Positions 46,573 to 58,586 of a stretch of 64,000 nucleotides of DNA are shown piece after piece (positions within the stretch are counted from its first letter, which is position 1; each line of letters starts with the position of its first letter). The notes under the pieces were generated by a model. That model did not search any database. It saw only the letters and a list, made by a program, of their open reading frames with translations, and was not told the origin of the DNA. This DNA is from Utricularia gibba. Lineage: Eukaryota; Plantae; Magnoliophyta. Position numbers and translations under genes: made by a program. The stretch spans positions 1,798,001 to 1,862,000 of the forward strand of contig NEEC01000017.1 of assembly GCA_002189035.1 (NCBI GenBank), in the 5' to 3' direction.

Positions 46573-49500
46573 CTAGGCGGTTATCACACCAGCCAGAACA
46601 TCAGTCTTGCCCCGGGCGAAGATTGTGTAAACCAGCCGGATCGCATCGATCCACCGATCCAAGGACTCCCATGAGTCCGCAACCTGCATTGCTTCCAGTC
46701 AGCCACAGAGCGTCTTGGTGGAAGTGAAGTGGAAAAAGGGGATTACCATGTAATATGGTCCATTAATGGTGTCGATGCAGAGGCCTGGACCAGGGGGCAA
46801 GGTAAGATCAGCACATGCGGAGACCGAAATTATGTCTGGGATGTTGATTCTGATGGGGCGCCTGCTGGGAGAGGTGTTGCTACTGGTATTTGATAGAAGT
46901 GCAGGTTGAGAATGTATCTGGTCGACATCGTCAATCTGCGTGAGGCATGAGATGAGGTTCATGGCCCAAGGAGAGCAGGAAACATGGCATTGCAAATCAT
47001 ACCTGTAGTAGTGCTTCATGATTAATTACGAACTGGGAGCGCTTCCAGTCACTATGCGGCGCAACAGAGCTTCCTGATGGTGGTGCTGTCAGGTATCCTA
47101 CCTTCAGAAATGGAAGAGGTAACTGCAAAAACGCATACCAGCATTTATTTTATGCAGATGCATCAAGAAATTACATATGAACTCCTCCCAGTGAAATATG
47201 GAGCAGCAGGCTTTCAGTTAATCAGAAGAGGTCCACACATGAAGTGTAAAAAAAGAGGAAAAAAAGTAAGACTATTATTAGCTAAAATACGAAGCAAGCA
47301 TGCATCCTAAGGATAAAGTATGAAACTTGGAACAGAAATGGTAAGTATACAAAATCATAATGCTCCAAAATGGGTACTAACCATAGAACGAACAAGCTTC
47401 AAAGCACTGCTGTAAACCTGGCTCATAACAAAAAGTTAAAGAGGGTTATGGGACAGTATCTGGTTGGACTTTCAACGATGGAAAATTTGATCAAGAAATG
47501 GAATGTGTGTAGTCTATTGTAGAATATTGGAAAATAATAGTGCATGTGTAATTCAAGATAGAACAAGTATCTCATTGCTGTAAAGAGCAATGATATAGCA
47601 AGTTATTGGTATAATTCGAGTGCATCAGAAAACATCTATAAGAGCAAACACCATGTGAGGAAGTCAAGAAACAAGACACAATCTAATAGCATTATGAGTA
47701 GAAAAGAAAAAGTGAAGCTACTCGTGCACCTACAGAATAACTAGGCTTTAGTGCATGTGCTGCAGCAATATATATTGCAGATTGGCTGTATAGCTCATCA
47801 GGAGACACATCCTGTGTATTCACAAACCCAGTTCTTGATAAGTCTTCTGCTAATCCATACTGCAAATATACATTTATCATATCAGTGAGAATGCCTTGAT
47901 TTCAATGGGAAGAGTAAGTTAGGCTGTAAACAAAATTAAGGATAAATTTAGGCTCTACTAACCAGAACGGTGCCCAGATTGTAAATTGCTCGATGGAAAT
48001 CAAATTGCAATTGTATTGCTGCACGGAACTGTGAACACAGGCACAAGGGTAAGGATGCAAGCAGCATGAGAATATAACTGCATCATAAATTCATAATAAG
48101 CGTTCAAGAAATCCACTCAAGGATCAATTGCATACCTTGCTAATAGCAGTTTTAACGATTACGTGCTTCTCACGAGCGGAAACAATTGCACTGAGTTCCT
48201 AAAACGAAATTCTAGAAAATAAAAAGAATGGAAAAAAGCGTTTAAAAAAAGGGGTAAAGATTAACAACGAATATCAATGTACCTGAAGAGCAAGCCCCCA
48301 ATTATTTAAAGCCTGACAGGTACTAGCAAGTTAGTACAGATAAATTGTAAATTTTCAGCAGGAAAGGATGAAACTTCGAGAAATAAATGAGATGAAAAAA
48401 AAATAAAAGATGTCCAACTACAACGCTTGGAAAAAAAAAAAAAAAAACAAGATATACCATACCATATAGCATGTTTCAGACACACGCAAGAATCTTAAAA
48501 TAGAAAAAATGCTGATAACAGATCATCTTGATGTTCAGAAAGCCAACCTGGGGACTGTTCCAGTTGAGCTGTACAGCCTTCTCATAATTCTTTGTGGCCT
48601 ACAGATGTGACAAGAGGAAAATAAAACAACAGGGTTCATCACAAGACTAGATCACATTGGTCAAGGGACAGTAAGTGGTAGACGAGCTTCAACCTGCTTC
48701 CAAAGCTCCTCAGCTTCCTTTGTGCGGCCCCGCATTTTTGCTCTATCAGAGATTGCTATGGCCCAATTATAATACGCCTGAAACAAAAGAATAGCATAAA
48801 TGGTATTACTATAGCATAATAAGAAAGTCAATGTGCAGAATTCCACAAAATTTATGCTTGTCAAATTTCGAAGTGAAAAATGGCATGTGCACATACATCA
48901 TTGAGTGAAGGACAAAGGCGTGTAGCCTCCTCGTACTTTCTGCATGCCTCTTCAAGTAACGCATCTTTTGAAGGAGAAGTAGAGTCAGGACTTACATTAT
49001 CAGCACTTTCCTGCACGAGATTTCATGCAATACCAGCATTTTGACAATTGAATAGCAATTTTCAGAATACACAACTCAAGAAGACACCAAAATGAAAGTT
49101 GCTGCATCACACATAGCAGTAACCCAAACATATCCTCAAACCTGAAGAACTAGTGCCCAATTGTACAATGCATCATGATCGCCTGGATTTCTTTCTAGAG
49201 CTGTCGCATACCTGCAACAGCAGGGCAAGATCCATTATATTCTTCACAGTTAACAAGTGTATCGCATTAAAAAGTAAAACCAGGAAAAAGCCAACAAATA
49301 TGAACATGCCCATTATTAGATCATTCCTTTCAAGAAAATTGGGTAACTTAACAGCGAATCGTGATTTAGAAAACAGATAATGTGAAATTTACATGGTGAC
49401 ACAAAGAATGCTTAATTAGAAAATGTTGCTAAGAATCTGGGTCACTGATTATATAGATCGAAAAATAGGGTGATGGATATGAAATGATATGATTGCTACA

Positions 49501-50576
49501 AATACCTCTTGGCAGCAAATGTAAGAATCCTTTGACGAGATCTCCCTTCCTCATCATGGACATTGACACTATTAATCAAGTCCATGGCAGCATTATTCTG
49601 CTCTATTTGATGCTCTGACGCAGCATAGCTAAAAATGCAAAAGAAAACCAAAAATAAAATAAATAGTTATCGTATCCTGATAGAGCAAAGAACGAAAAGA
49701 AGGTGCATGAATATCAAAATAAAAACCGTGTATCCTCATCTGCCAAAGACATTTTGCAGGTCAAATAAAATATAGTTTTAGGCTTTAGTTCTCATCAACA
49801 TTCAGCAGTAATAAAAAACTTCCAGACAACCAAGTTATAGAAAAATGAACTCTGATCTACCATATCGTAATTTAATTACACCCACATCGTCTTAAAAAAA
49901 TGCTGTGAAAAATAAGCACAGATGGCACAAGGTACAAATTCGAATTCTTATATGTTTGAACTCCGGAATTAACTGACCTTTTAGGGGTATCTGCTTCCCT
50001 TTCATCGTGATGATCGGCATCTCCATTCTTCAGATCACTTAGCAATTCCCTCATAGTAAAAGTGCGATTTCCCTCAACATTCCCAAGCTTCGAAGCGGTC
50101 TTCTCACCGTGGTTCGACTGCTCCACAAGAGCATCCCCATTATTTGATTCCTCAATTACATCTCTTGGTGAAGAGTTTAACCTTTCTACAACAATGGGTT
50201 GTGTATCTGCGGAATCGCCAGCTTCAGGATGCTGCACATCGATTTCATTAGTTTGGAGAGTCTGAGGATACGGATCCGCTGGAAGAGATGGTTCCAATGC
50301 CGTGGCTTCAGACTCAACTCCCAGTTCGACGGATGTATCAAATGTCACGGATGGTTCCTCCACCGTGGCTTCTGGCTCAGGATTGGCTGCCGGAGATGAC
50401 TCCTCCGCTGTAGATTCAGACACAGATCCCGCCGATGGATGGGTTGCCAGAGATGGTTCCTCCGTGGCTTCAGGTTCCGTTTCCGGTTCGGACGATGCTG
50501 TGGGCACTTGAGATCGCCCAGACTCCGGCATTCCGTTAGGCAGATGCGATACCGATTGCTCGGAAGTCGATGACAT
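46573..50576 (-). CDS. HLB1: HLB1-like TPR protein (trans-Golgi/early endosome-actin linker), multi-exon
   Basis: Acidic E/P-rich N-terminus, [78 protein letters not shown] and [36 protein letters not shown]. Confidence 0.9.
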
Positions 50577-50914
50577 CGCGGTGAAATGAGAACAAACGAA
50601 TTTCTGCTACTCTCTTCAACGACTAGTTCACAAATCTGCATCAAAAACTTGTGCTTCAGCTTCACCATTGTGAACGTGAAATCGCAGTCGCACCCACAAA
50701 CTTACTGAATCTCCAATTGACGCCCAAATATTCAGTATAATGTTTTTTCCCCCCAAACACTTTGCACAATTTGCATTTGATCCACGAACGTTTTTCAATT
50801 TTCATTGTGCCCCATTAATTCATGGAAACTGCTATCGTACCCCTTCATTTAGTAAGTATTCAAGTATTTTAAGTTTTTAATGCCTTTGGAACCCCAACAC
50901 ATTTTTTTCTTGTG

Positions 50915-50945
50915 GCCCATTTTTAAATGGGCTTGAGCCCATTTA
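50915..50945. promoter_or_regulatory. Palindromic site II elements in the 489-bp divergent HLB1/RMT2 intergenic region
   Basis: GCCCATTTTTAAATGGGC followed by AGCCCA, between head-to-head ATGs at 50576 (-) and 51065 (+). Confidence 0.6.
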
Positions 50946-51064
50946 ACGTGGACCAGTTGAAAAACAGCGGTTTCTTCTCCGAACGCAATGAGCGGTTTCC
51001 TCGATTGCCTTTCCCATGGCGAATTTCAGAAACCTTTGATTGAGGGATTGTTGTAACTGAATCC

Positions 51065-52351
51065 ATGGCTGAGAGCAGAGACGAAGATCTCTGCAAAGCC
51101 GCTAGGGATGGTGACCTTACTCGAGTGAAGTCATTGATTAGTTCTGGCGCTGATTTCTGTTACTTCGATGCCGATGGCCTAACTCCGCTGATGCACGCTG
51201 CTAAAGCCGGGAATGCAGCTATCGTGAAAGAGCTTCTTCAAAGTGGTGCGCCGTGGAATGCTTTATCTCCAACCGGTGTTTCAGCAGGGGATTTGGCTAT
51301 GGAAAATTGCCACCAATCTGCGTTTGATGCACTCGTCAATGCTGGTACCCACTTTGCTGCTTTTTATGTGTTACGTGCAATGTCAAATCATTTCATTTTC
51401 CCTTTTCTTGCGTGGTTGCACATGTAGGGATACAAGCAGAGCTAGTTCTTGGTTCAATTGCTAGAAAAGATAAAGGAAATGATCGTTCGAATATGAGTTA
51501 TTTGGAAGATAGAATTGCTTTTAGTGAGGATAAGGTAATGGATTCAGAAAGCAAGGCAGTTATGATGGGTTGGGAGAGGCCCCTGATGGAAGCTCACGCT
51601 AAGGCTATTTGTTGTGGAGGTGGTGGGCATGTGCTCAACATTGGATTTGGGATGGGCCTTGTGGATACTGCAATACAGCAATATGCACCTGTGTCGCACA
51701 CAATTGTTGAAGCTCATCCGGATGTATATCAGCGTATGCTTCAGAGTGGGTGGGGTGAAAAGGAGAATGTGAAGATAGTGTTTGGTCGCTGGCAGGATGT
51801 TATATCTCAGTTGGATTCATATGATGGTAATACTATGTTCTTTGTTAACATGGTGCTTTCTTAATCTCTAAACAACTTGTGTTTCATCCAATATTTTTCA
51901 AAAGCATTTCTTTGATAATGAGAATTTTCAAACTTTTCCATCCAAATCCTCCAACGATGCCTGATGAAATGTAGTATCGTTTTCAGATGAACTCAAATAG
52001 CTGTTTTGGATGTTATCCATTATCCATTGTGTTTCAGGAATCTTTTTCGACACTTATGGTGAATACTACGAAGATATGAGAGAGTTTCATCAGCATCTTC
52101 CACATCTACTGAATCCTGGAGGAATATATTCATTCTTCAATGGCCTCTGCGGGTCTAACCCCTTCTTCCATGTTGTGTATTGCCAGTTGGTTGCTCTGGA
52201 GCTTGAGAATTTGGGTTTTTCCACACAATTTATACCATTACCTGTCAAGGATTGCTTGGGAGAAGAAATCTGGGAAGGAGTCAAGCACAAATACTGGCAG
52301 TTGGATACGTATTCTCTTCCTGTTTGCCAACTTATCTCTGACTCCTGGTGA
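51065..52351 (+). CDS. RMT2: Ankyrin-repeat protein arginine N-methyltransferase 2 (yeast Rmt2/GAMT-like); exons 51065-51344, 51428-51826, 52038-52351
   Basis: Ankyrin repeats (GLTPLMHAAKAG, GAPWNAL), AVMMGWERPLMEAHAKAIC, VLNIGFGMGLVD, HTIVEAHPDV, GRWQDV, GIFFDTYGEYYEDM and YSFFNGL. Confidence 0.93.
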
Positions 52352-52782
52352 TTGACAGTTGCAAAGTTTTGGGTTTTAGACGTTCATATCATTGTCCAGC
52401 AGTTGCACCTACATGGATTGAGAGGCCTTTGGAGGTTAGTTTTCCTTTAGAGTTTAAAGCACATTAGTGTTTTCAGTTGCTGGATGTACTAGTGCACAAG
52501 ATTGATCATCCAATTTCAAAAACCAGCATCCTGGAATTTTTAGAAAATTTGATTAGGTTCATTCGTCAGCTCAACCATTCGTTCATATTCACACCTCTGC
52601 ACAAGCACCTTTCTTTTTTTCTCTCCTTCCCTTCGTTTTTCATTGAAAACGCATACATACAGTATCTCACAGCACAGAGAAAACGGCATCGCTTTCAATC
52701 ATAAGTTAAACTTGTGTTTCCTGATATGCCTTGATCTGCCTCCGGGGCTGAGAAAACTGGCCTCGCACTTTCTTTGGGTGAT

Positions 52783-54910
52783 TCAGTTAGCATCATCATC
52801 GGACACTCGGTCCTCCTTCATGTACTTCTCCTGCACAGCTGCAACTGTGAGATCCCATGTCAAAGAAAACAATGAAGATCCCCATAGGCAATGAGCAAAG
52901 CTTGTTCTGTCACATGGAGTAGGCCTCCTATGCAACGAGAAGAAAGAACCATGCAAAGATGAAAGGAAGGATATCTGTAGTAATCCCAGTCAACAGGGCC
53001 AACTGCTATCTTGCTGAATTCCACCGCACTTGCGTCTATGCCTGCGAATATGTATCCGTTGCTCTTGTCGATCAGTCTCACAAGCTTTGCGACACTTTCC
53101 TTATCCTTCAGTATAGAAGAAACAAAGGGAAAGAACTAGAATGAATGGCGGAGGGAGTGGATAGAACTAGAGCATACGAGTTGCAGAAATCTAACAGATA
53201 ACCCTTCTCTAAAAAGGAAAGCATGAGAGGGGCAGATAGATACGTCTGATGCATCCTTCTCGAAAGAAGGCTAAATGCATTATGCATAAACTGTAAGGTC
53301 AGTGTTCTTGCCTGAATGTCCAAAGTGGAGAAGTTGACAAGATAGAAGTCCTCTATCACCTGGCACAGCTCCTTTGTTAGCTTCCTACAATTACACAACG
53401 TAATTTCACTCAGTTTTCGACACCTAATAAAGCTCATTAAAACACCTCTTAAAGACCAAAGTCTAGTTTTTGACAGTTCAATTGATATTTCAAAACACCA
53501 TCTCTTTTTTCTACTCAAGTTTATATTGAACTGTTAAGACGACTGAAACACCCTTCAAGCGCATGTATACATGTTTGGTTGAGAAACAGACAATTACCTG
53601 TACTTTGCAGAACGAGGATCCTGATCAAGATGGCGCTGCAAGTATGATAAATCAAGTACATCCGTGTAGAAATCAAGGTTGAAGGCTGCATAATGATAAA
53701 GGAAGGAAGCACATCATAGAAGTTGAGATCACAGACAGGACATAATAAATTTAGCACTTGCGTCAAAGCTGAAGTGTCCTTACCTAACTTTCCATAACTT
53801 TCGATTAAATCTATTTTCGACAGAACATTGATATGTGGCAACTCCAGATGCAGCATGGTAGATAATGAAAGCAGCAAAGCACTCACATACTTCCCAGGAT
53901 CACTACAAAGATGGGCATCCACTAAATGGACGGCAGTCAACTGCAAACGGGTGGTAAGAAACCAGATTCAAGATAAAAAAAATTCGATTAATCTAGCTGC
54001 TGGGAAAAATAAATAGGCAAGACAAAAAATAGTACCCTGAGATTTAACTTCTTTATGAGCTTCATGATGACTTTCTTTGCGTTTTCATGAAGGAAAAAGA
54101 GTTCTACTTGGCCAGGGAAATCAAAGAGAAGATAGTGATCTGCATAAACGCAGGTACCATTCCTTCACTTACAGACCTAAAAACCCTGAGCAATAAGTTG
54201 AAAATAAGATAAGGTACAATGACGGACCTTTGAGAAGGGATTTCAATCTGCACTCCAACCAATCAATATTTTTCTCCAGATAATCCATACAATAGATAAG
54301 GCCTGCAACATAACGCGGGAAAATCTCGAATCCACAATTTTCTATTGAAAGTCACATACCAGTATGAAGAACTAGCAATCCGTTGACAGAAATCCGAGAA
54401 TTTTCATTTTTACATGCCATGCGGTTAATAATTCCAAAAGGTGGCATAAAAAGAAGAATGCAAAACCTCCATTTGGGCCAAGGGAGTGCTCGTTCATAAC
54501 ATCACTGAGCTTGACCAAATCCTCAATGTTTATAGCACATTCATATCTTGAAACCATAAGAATATAGCACATTAAAAATTAGGGACAGATTGAACAGGGT
54601 GACTATATAAAGCATCGCCATCAAACAATAATGCGCCAAGAGCTAAGTTTCAAGTAAAATCATTAGCAATCGGATACGGCAAAGCATCATTAGCAGGATC
54701 CAAATTGATCACTGCAACCTTCCTGCAAACCACCAAAATTTTTTCCTCCAGTAAGTAACCGCAGCATAAGAAAAACAAGTAAACGCATCTGAAACACCTC
54801 AAGTAGTGGTGGGTGTACCTGCCAATGAGCTCGAGAAACTGAGACATCCCATTGCAATACGTTGTCTTCCCGGAGCCTGGTGGCCCGATGACCACCTGAC
54901 CAAACACCAT
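52783..54910 (-). CDS. QQT1: GPN-loop GTPase 2 (QQT1-like), multi-exon with non-canonical introns
   Basis: [76 protein letters not shown] and DWDYYR|[12 protein letters not shown]...DAN*. Confidence 0.95.
52847..52974 (-). other. U12-type (minor spliceosome) AT-AC intron, last intron of QQT1
   Basis: 5' site ATATCCTT, branch-point TTCTTTGAC 12 nt before a terminal AC. Removing it joins TAC AG|A GTT GCA and restores [11 protein letters not shown]. Confidence 0.9.
53106..53311 (-). other. GC-AG intron in QQT1
   Basis: Donor CAG|GCAAGA is needed to join LDIQ to DKESVAKLV. Confidence 0.8.
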
Positions 54911-55909
54911 AACTTGAGACCGCCAGACGACGTTCAAAACCAACTCAAAGTTGTTTAAATGGCCAACTCTGAAGTAGATAAAACCAATAAGTCAAATTCA
55001 CCACTCTCCCGCCCTATCCGTGACCTTAACTCGAAATTTTCCCAATCAAAAGCTCAAAAAAACTTACGCTTCTTTCCTTAAATCCCGGGAAACGCACCAC
55101 AGACCAAAAAAGTGTGGAAAGATTCGGAAATACCTGCGTTACGAAATGGTGAACGAGAAAACGAACCAAGGAAGCTTCAATTTTTCTTAGATCCTCCCTT
55201 ACAAAACCCCAAAGAGAACTTAAAACTCAAGCTTACCGATGAAACCAGGCAGAGAAGACGCCTGATAAACCTCGAATACCCAAGACTTCGAGAAGAGAAA
55301 AAGAAAAGCAGTAAAAAGTAACAACGTGAGTTTGGGCCACAAGGCCCACAATACACAAAAATGCAGCCCGTAAAATAACTCTCATCTGATCCACCAAACT
55401 TTTTACTCATGTTTAAAAATTTTAGAAAAATATATTATTTTTTAATCAATTGATATATTATAATAAAAAATACTGAATCATCACCCATCCAATCAGCGAA
55501 TGCCAAATGTTAATTAAATGATTTGAATGGTGGATTAACTTTTGAGACACGAGTGTAGAGTTCATTCACTTTTATCATCCTCAGCCTCAGGACACAACAC
55601 ACTTATACAACTCATGCCAACAGGAATCTGATAAGCATTCCTCATCAGCTCTGCAAGCTGGTTGCCCGACTCAACACTATGTAAACTATCACACAACTTA
55701 GAAAAGAGACTCCCTTGTGCTTGATCCGCAGCGGATTCCGATTCCGGTTCCGGTTCCAGTTTATCTGCAAGATAGTGTAACACAGGGTTCAAATTGTGAA
55801 TGCCGAGTTGCAACTAAGACTGAAAACCAGCTTTGAATCATCTATGTGGAGGCTGCACTGCAGCCCAAAAGGAAAAGAAGGGCGGATGAGGTTTGGAGGG
55901 CTTACTTGT

Positions 55910-58586
55910 CTAGATCTTGTGATGAAGGGTGGTGACAAGATCGTGAGCATCATCTAGGAGCTTCCAGACATCGAGACGGCCCGCCATGTCATTGCACTCT
56001 TTCATCAGCTCGTCCATTGAGCAGTGATTCCCGATTATGGTCTTCCTTTTTTGTAGCACGCAGGCGGCTATGGCATAAAGCAGGAGATCTTCTGTGGGGG
56101 AGCTCTCAGCCGAGTTCTTCTCCATGCGGATTTGACTATGCCTGCTCGAACAGCGGCTTGATCAGCCCACATCACCTCCCACAGGCAGAGGATCTGCTCA
56201 AAGGATAGCTCTCGCCGGAACAGAACCACCACCATTCGGTACACAAAGAAGCAGTTTTCCACCTGAAGCTTCTCCAAGTGTTGGTACAGACGCGAGTCCT
56301 TGCACTTGATGATTTTCGAGATGATGCTCAGCTGCCTCTTGATTCCAGTCTCATCAAGCTGAAAATTGTGCCGGGCTTTGCGCATGAACCCCACAAAGCA
56401 CCAGAAGGCAATGTCATCTTCCTCGATCACTGAGATGATGGGAGAGAGCAGATCGCTCATACCCTGGCAGTAACCTATCTCGGGATCATATAGAGCATAC
56501 GCTTCAAGAATCATGACAAGACGAGCTGCATGATAGATTCTGCTTGACTCGAGACCGTCATAATCCTTCAATCCAACACTCTCGGCTGATTGCCTAGCCT
56601 TTTCAATGGACACGGAAGCTTGAGATGGGGAATAAGTTACCCATTCAGCATCAGCCCGGATAGCATCAAGACGTATGATCTTTTGCCAGTTTGCAAAATC
56701 TTCAGGCTCACAGGATGCAACATACCCAGTTCCTAACTTGTCAGGAGTGTCAGAAGTCTCGCACAGGAGATTTCCCCCCATTGCAATTGGGCTTGTTAGA
56801 AATTTTGTGCACTCTAGATCATCAGATGTGTCTGAATCCAAAGAATCAGTTTCCCCTTCAGAAACTTCTTCATTGGAAATCAAGCCATTGTTTCCTTGAT
56901 GTTCAAATGACTGCCTTGAAGACAGAGACGGAGCATTTTGCCCATCTCCATAACAAAGTTTACCGGGAAAGCTGGTGGCATCTGTTGATGTGGAGGGTTC
57001 TTCACTAGAAGTCTCATCCAAGCTAGGAGAACCTAGAATTTGACAGGTATTCCTGATATCGTCGGAGTCATTACATATGGATGTCTCCTTCAAGATAGAG
57101 CTTCTACAAATCTGGTGACATTGATTCCGCAACACCAGGTATTCTCTCCTGTAATAAGATGCAGCTGGGAATGAGAACTAATCATGATGAGTGCTCAGGT
57201 TCCAGTTACGAAAGCCAATGTATGAAAATACTTGGTTTCTACTAGAAACAACTTTACCCGTCTAAGAAATAAAAGATAGAATGTTTTCAAAGAAATAACA
57301 ATATTACAATTCCCTAATTAATTTGCTTTAAGAAGTGAACTGATCAGTTATTTGTTCTATGCATATAGAAAACGTGCCGTTACACATGCTGAAGAAAAAC
57401 AATCAGCACTTCCTCAATCCCACACCCATCATAAATTCAGGGAGGGTGGAGGAAACCAATGGCAATTAACACGGCATAAACCCAATAATATAAAGCGAGT
57501 CATGCGAGGATAAAAAGGTACCTCTTTTGAGCTCTAATATCCTGTCTCTCCTTTTCAGAACTTTTTACATCATACCTGCAACGATGAAAGCGACTGATCA
57601 GCAATTGGCAGAGCACCAGGCTACAGGAAAAGAACCAAAATACACAACTAGATGCATTATGATGCAGAAGCTTCTTCCAGCAACCAAAGACAAATTACAT
57701 TCATAACATACATAAATTACGGATGCAGCTAAAACAGATGGAAAGCTGACAAATTATGGAGGAAAATCCCAGATTATTGTAATGAAATGGAAAAAGGAGA
57801 AAAAGAGTTTACATTCCCAGAAGGAAAGGCCAAACCTCCGCTCTCAGGCAAGGCTCAACACCCTGCATCAGTTAGAAAACTATGTTAGAGCACCAAAAAT
57901 TCTATAATTGCAGAAGTTTATAACGAACCGTACCCCAGTTCGGATCATCTTCAGGAACTTGACTCCACCATCACTAAGTTTCCCATCAAAATCAAACAAG
58001 CCCTTCCACTGTCTTGCCAAAAGAGAATGTCTCCTCTTCCTTCGGGACCAAGGAGATTTAAGGCTTCCTCTGGAGTACAAACGAATGGATCAATTAAAAT
58101 TGCAAAGAAAAGGTACCAATAGTTCAAAATCTCAGCATAAAAACTCTAACCAAAGCTACAGAGTCATTGTTCGGACAAAAAAGAAAACGCTTTCAAAATA
58201 CTACAAGGTTACGCCACCGATCTCATCAAGGAAGTTTCAATCCAACGCAAAGCGCCTCCGATCGCAAATCAGAAGGCAAAATATACAAGACCCACAACCC
58301 CACAAGCTTCGATTCAATTTTTCGCAACAGACCACTTAACCCACCACTAGGACCAGCAACAAAAACAACTGAATCTCCGAACGAAACAAGGAGAACAGAG
58401 AAGAACTAACCCAGCAGAAGAAACCGATGCCGAAGACGAAGACGGTGAAAAAATAATTAACAAAACCGATCTCAAGAGAACCCACGAAGAAGACGATGAA
58501 GATGGACACAAAGTCGCCAGATTCGACGCCGACGAAGTCTTACTCCGCCTCAGAACCTTCGCCAGAGGTTGCTTCTCAACCAACAT
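55910..58586 (-). CDS. Ypt/Rab GTPase-activating protein, TBC domain (At5g41940-like); apparent 1-nt deletion at 56096-56100
   Basis: KVLRRSKTSS...SWVLLRSVL, LKSPWSRRKR, LRAEVWPFLLG, IIRLDAIRADAEW, YDPEIGYCQGMSDLLSP and FFVYRMVVVLFRRE. RAPP continues into TEDLLLYAIAACVLQ...HDLVTTLHHKI* only if the C5 run is C6. Confidence 0.92.
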
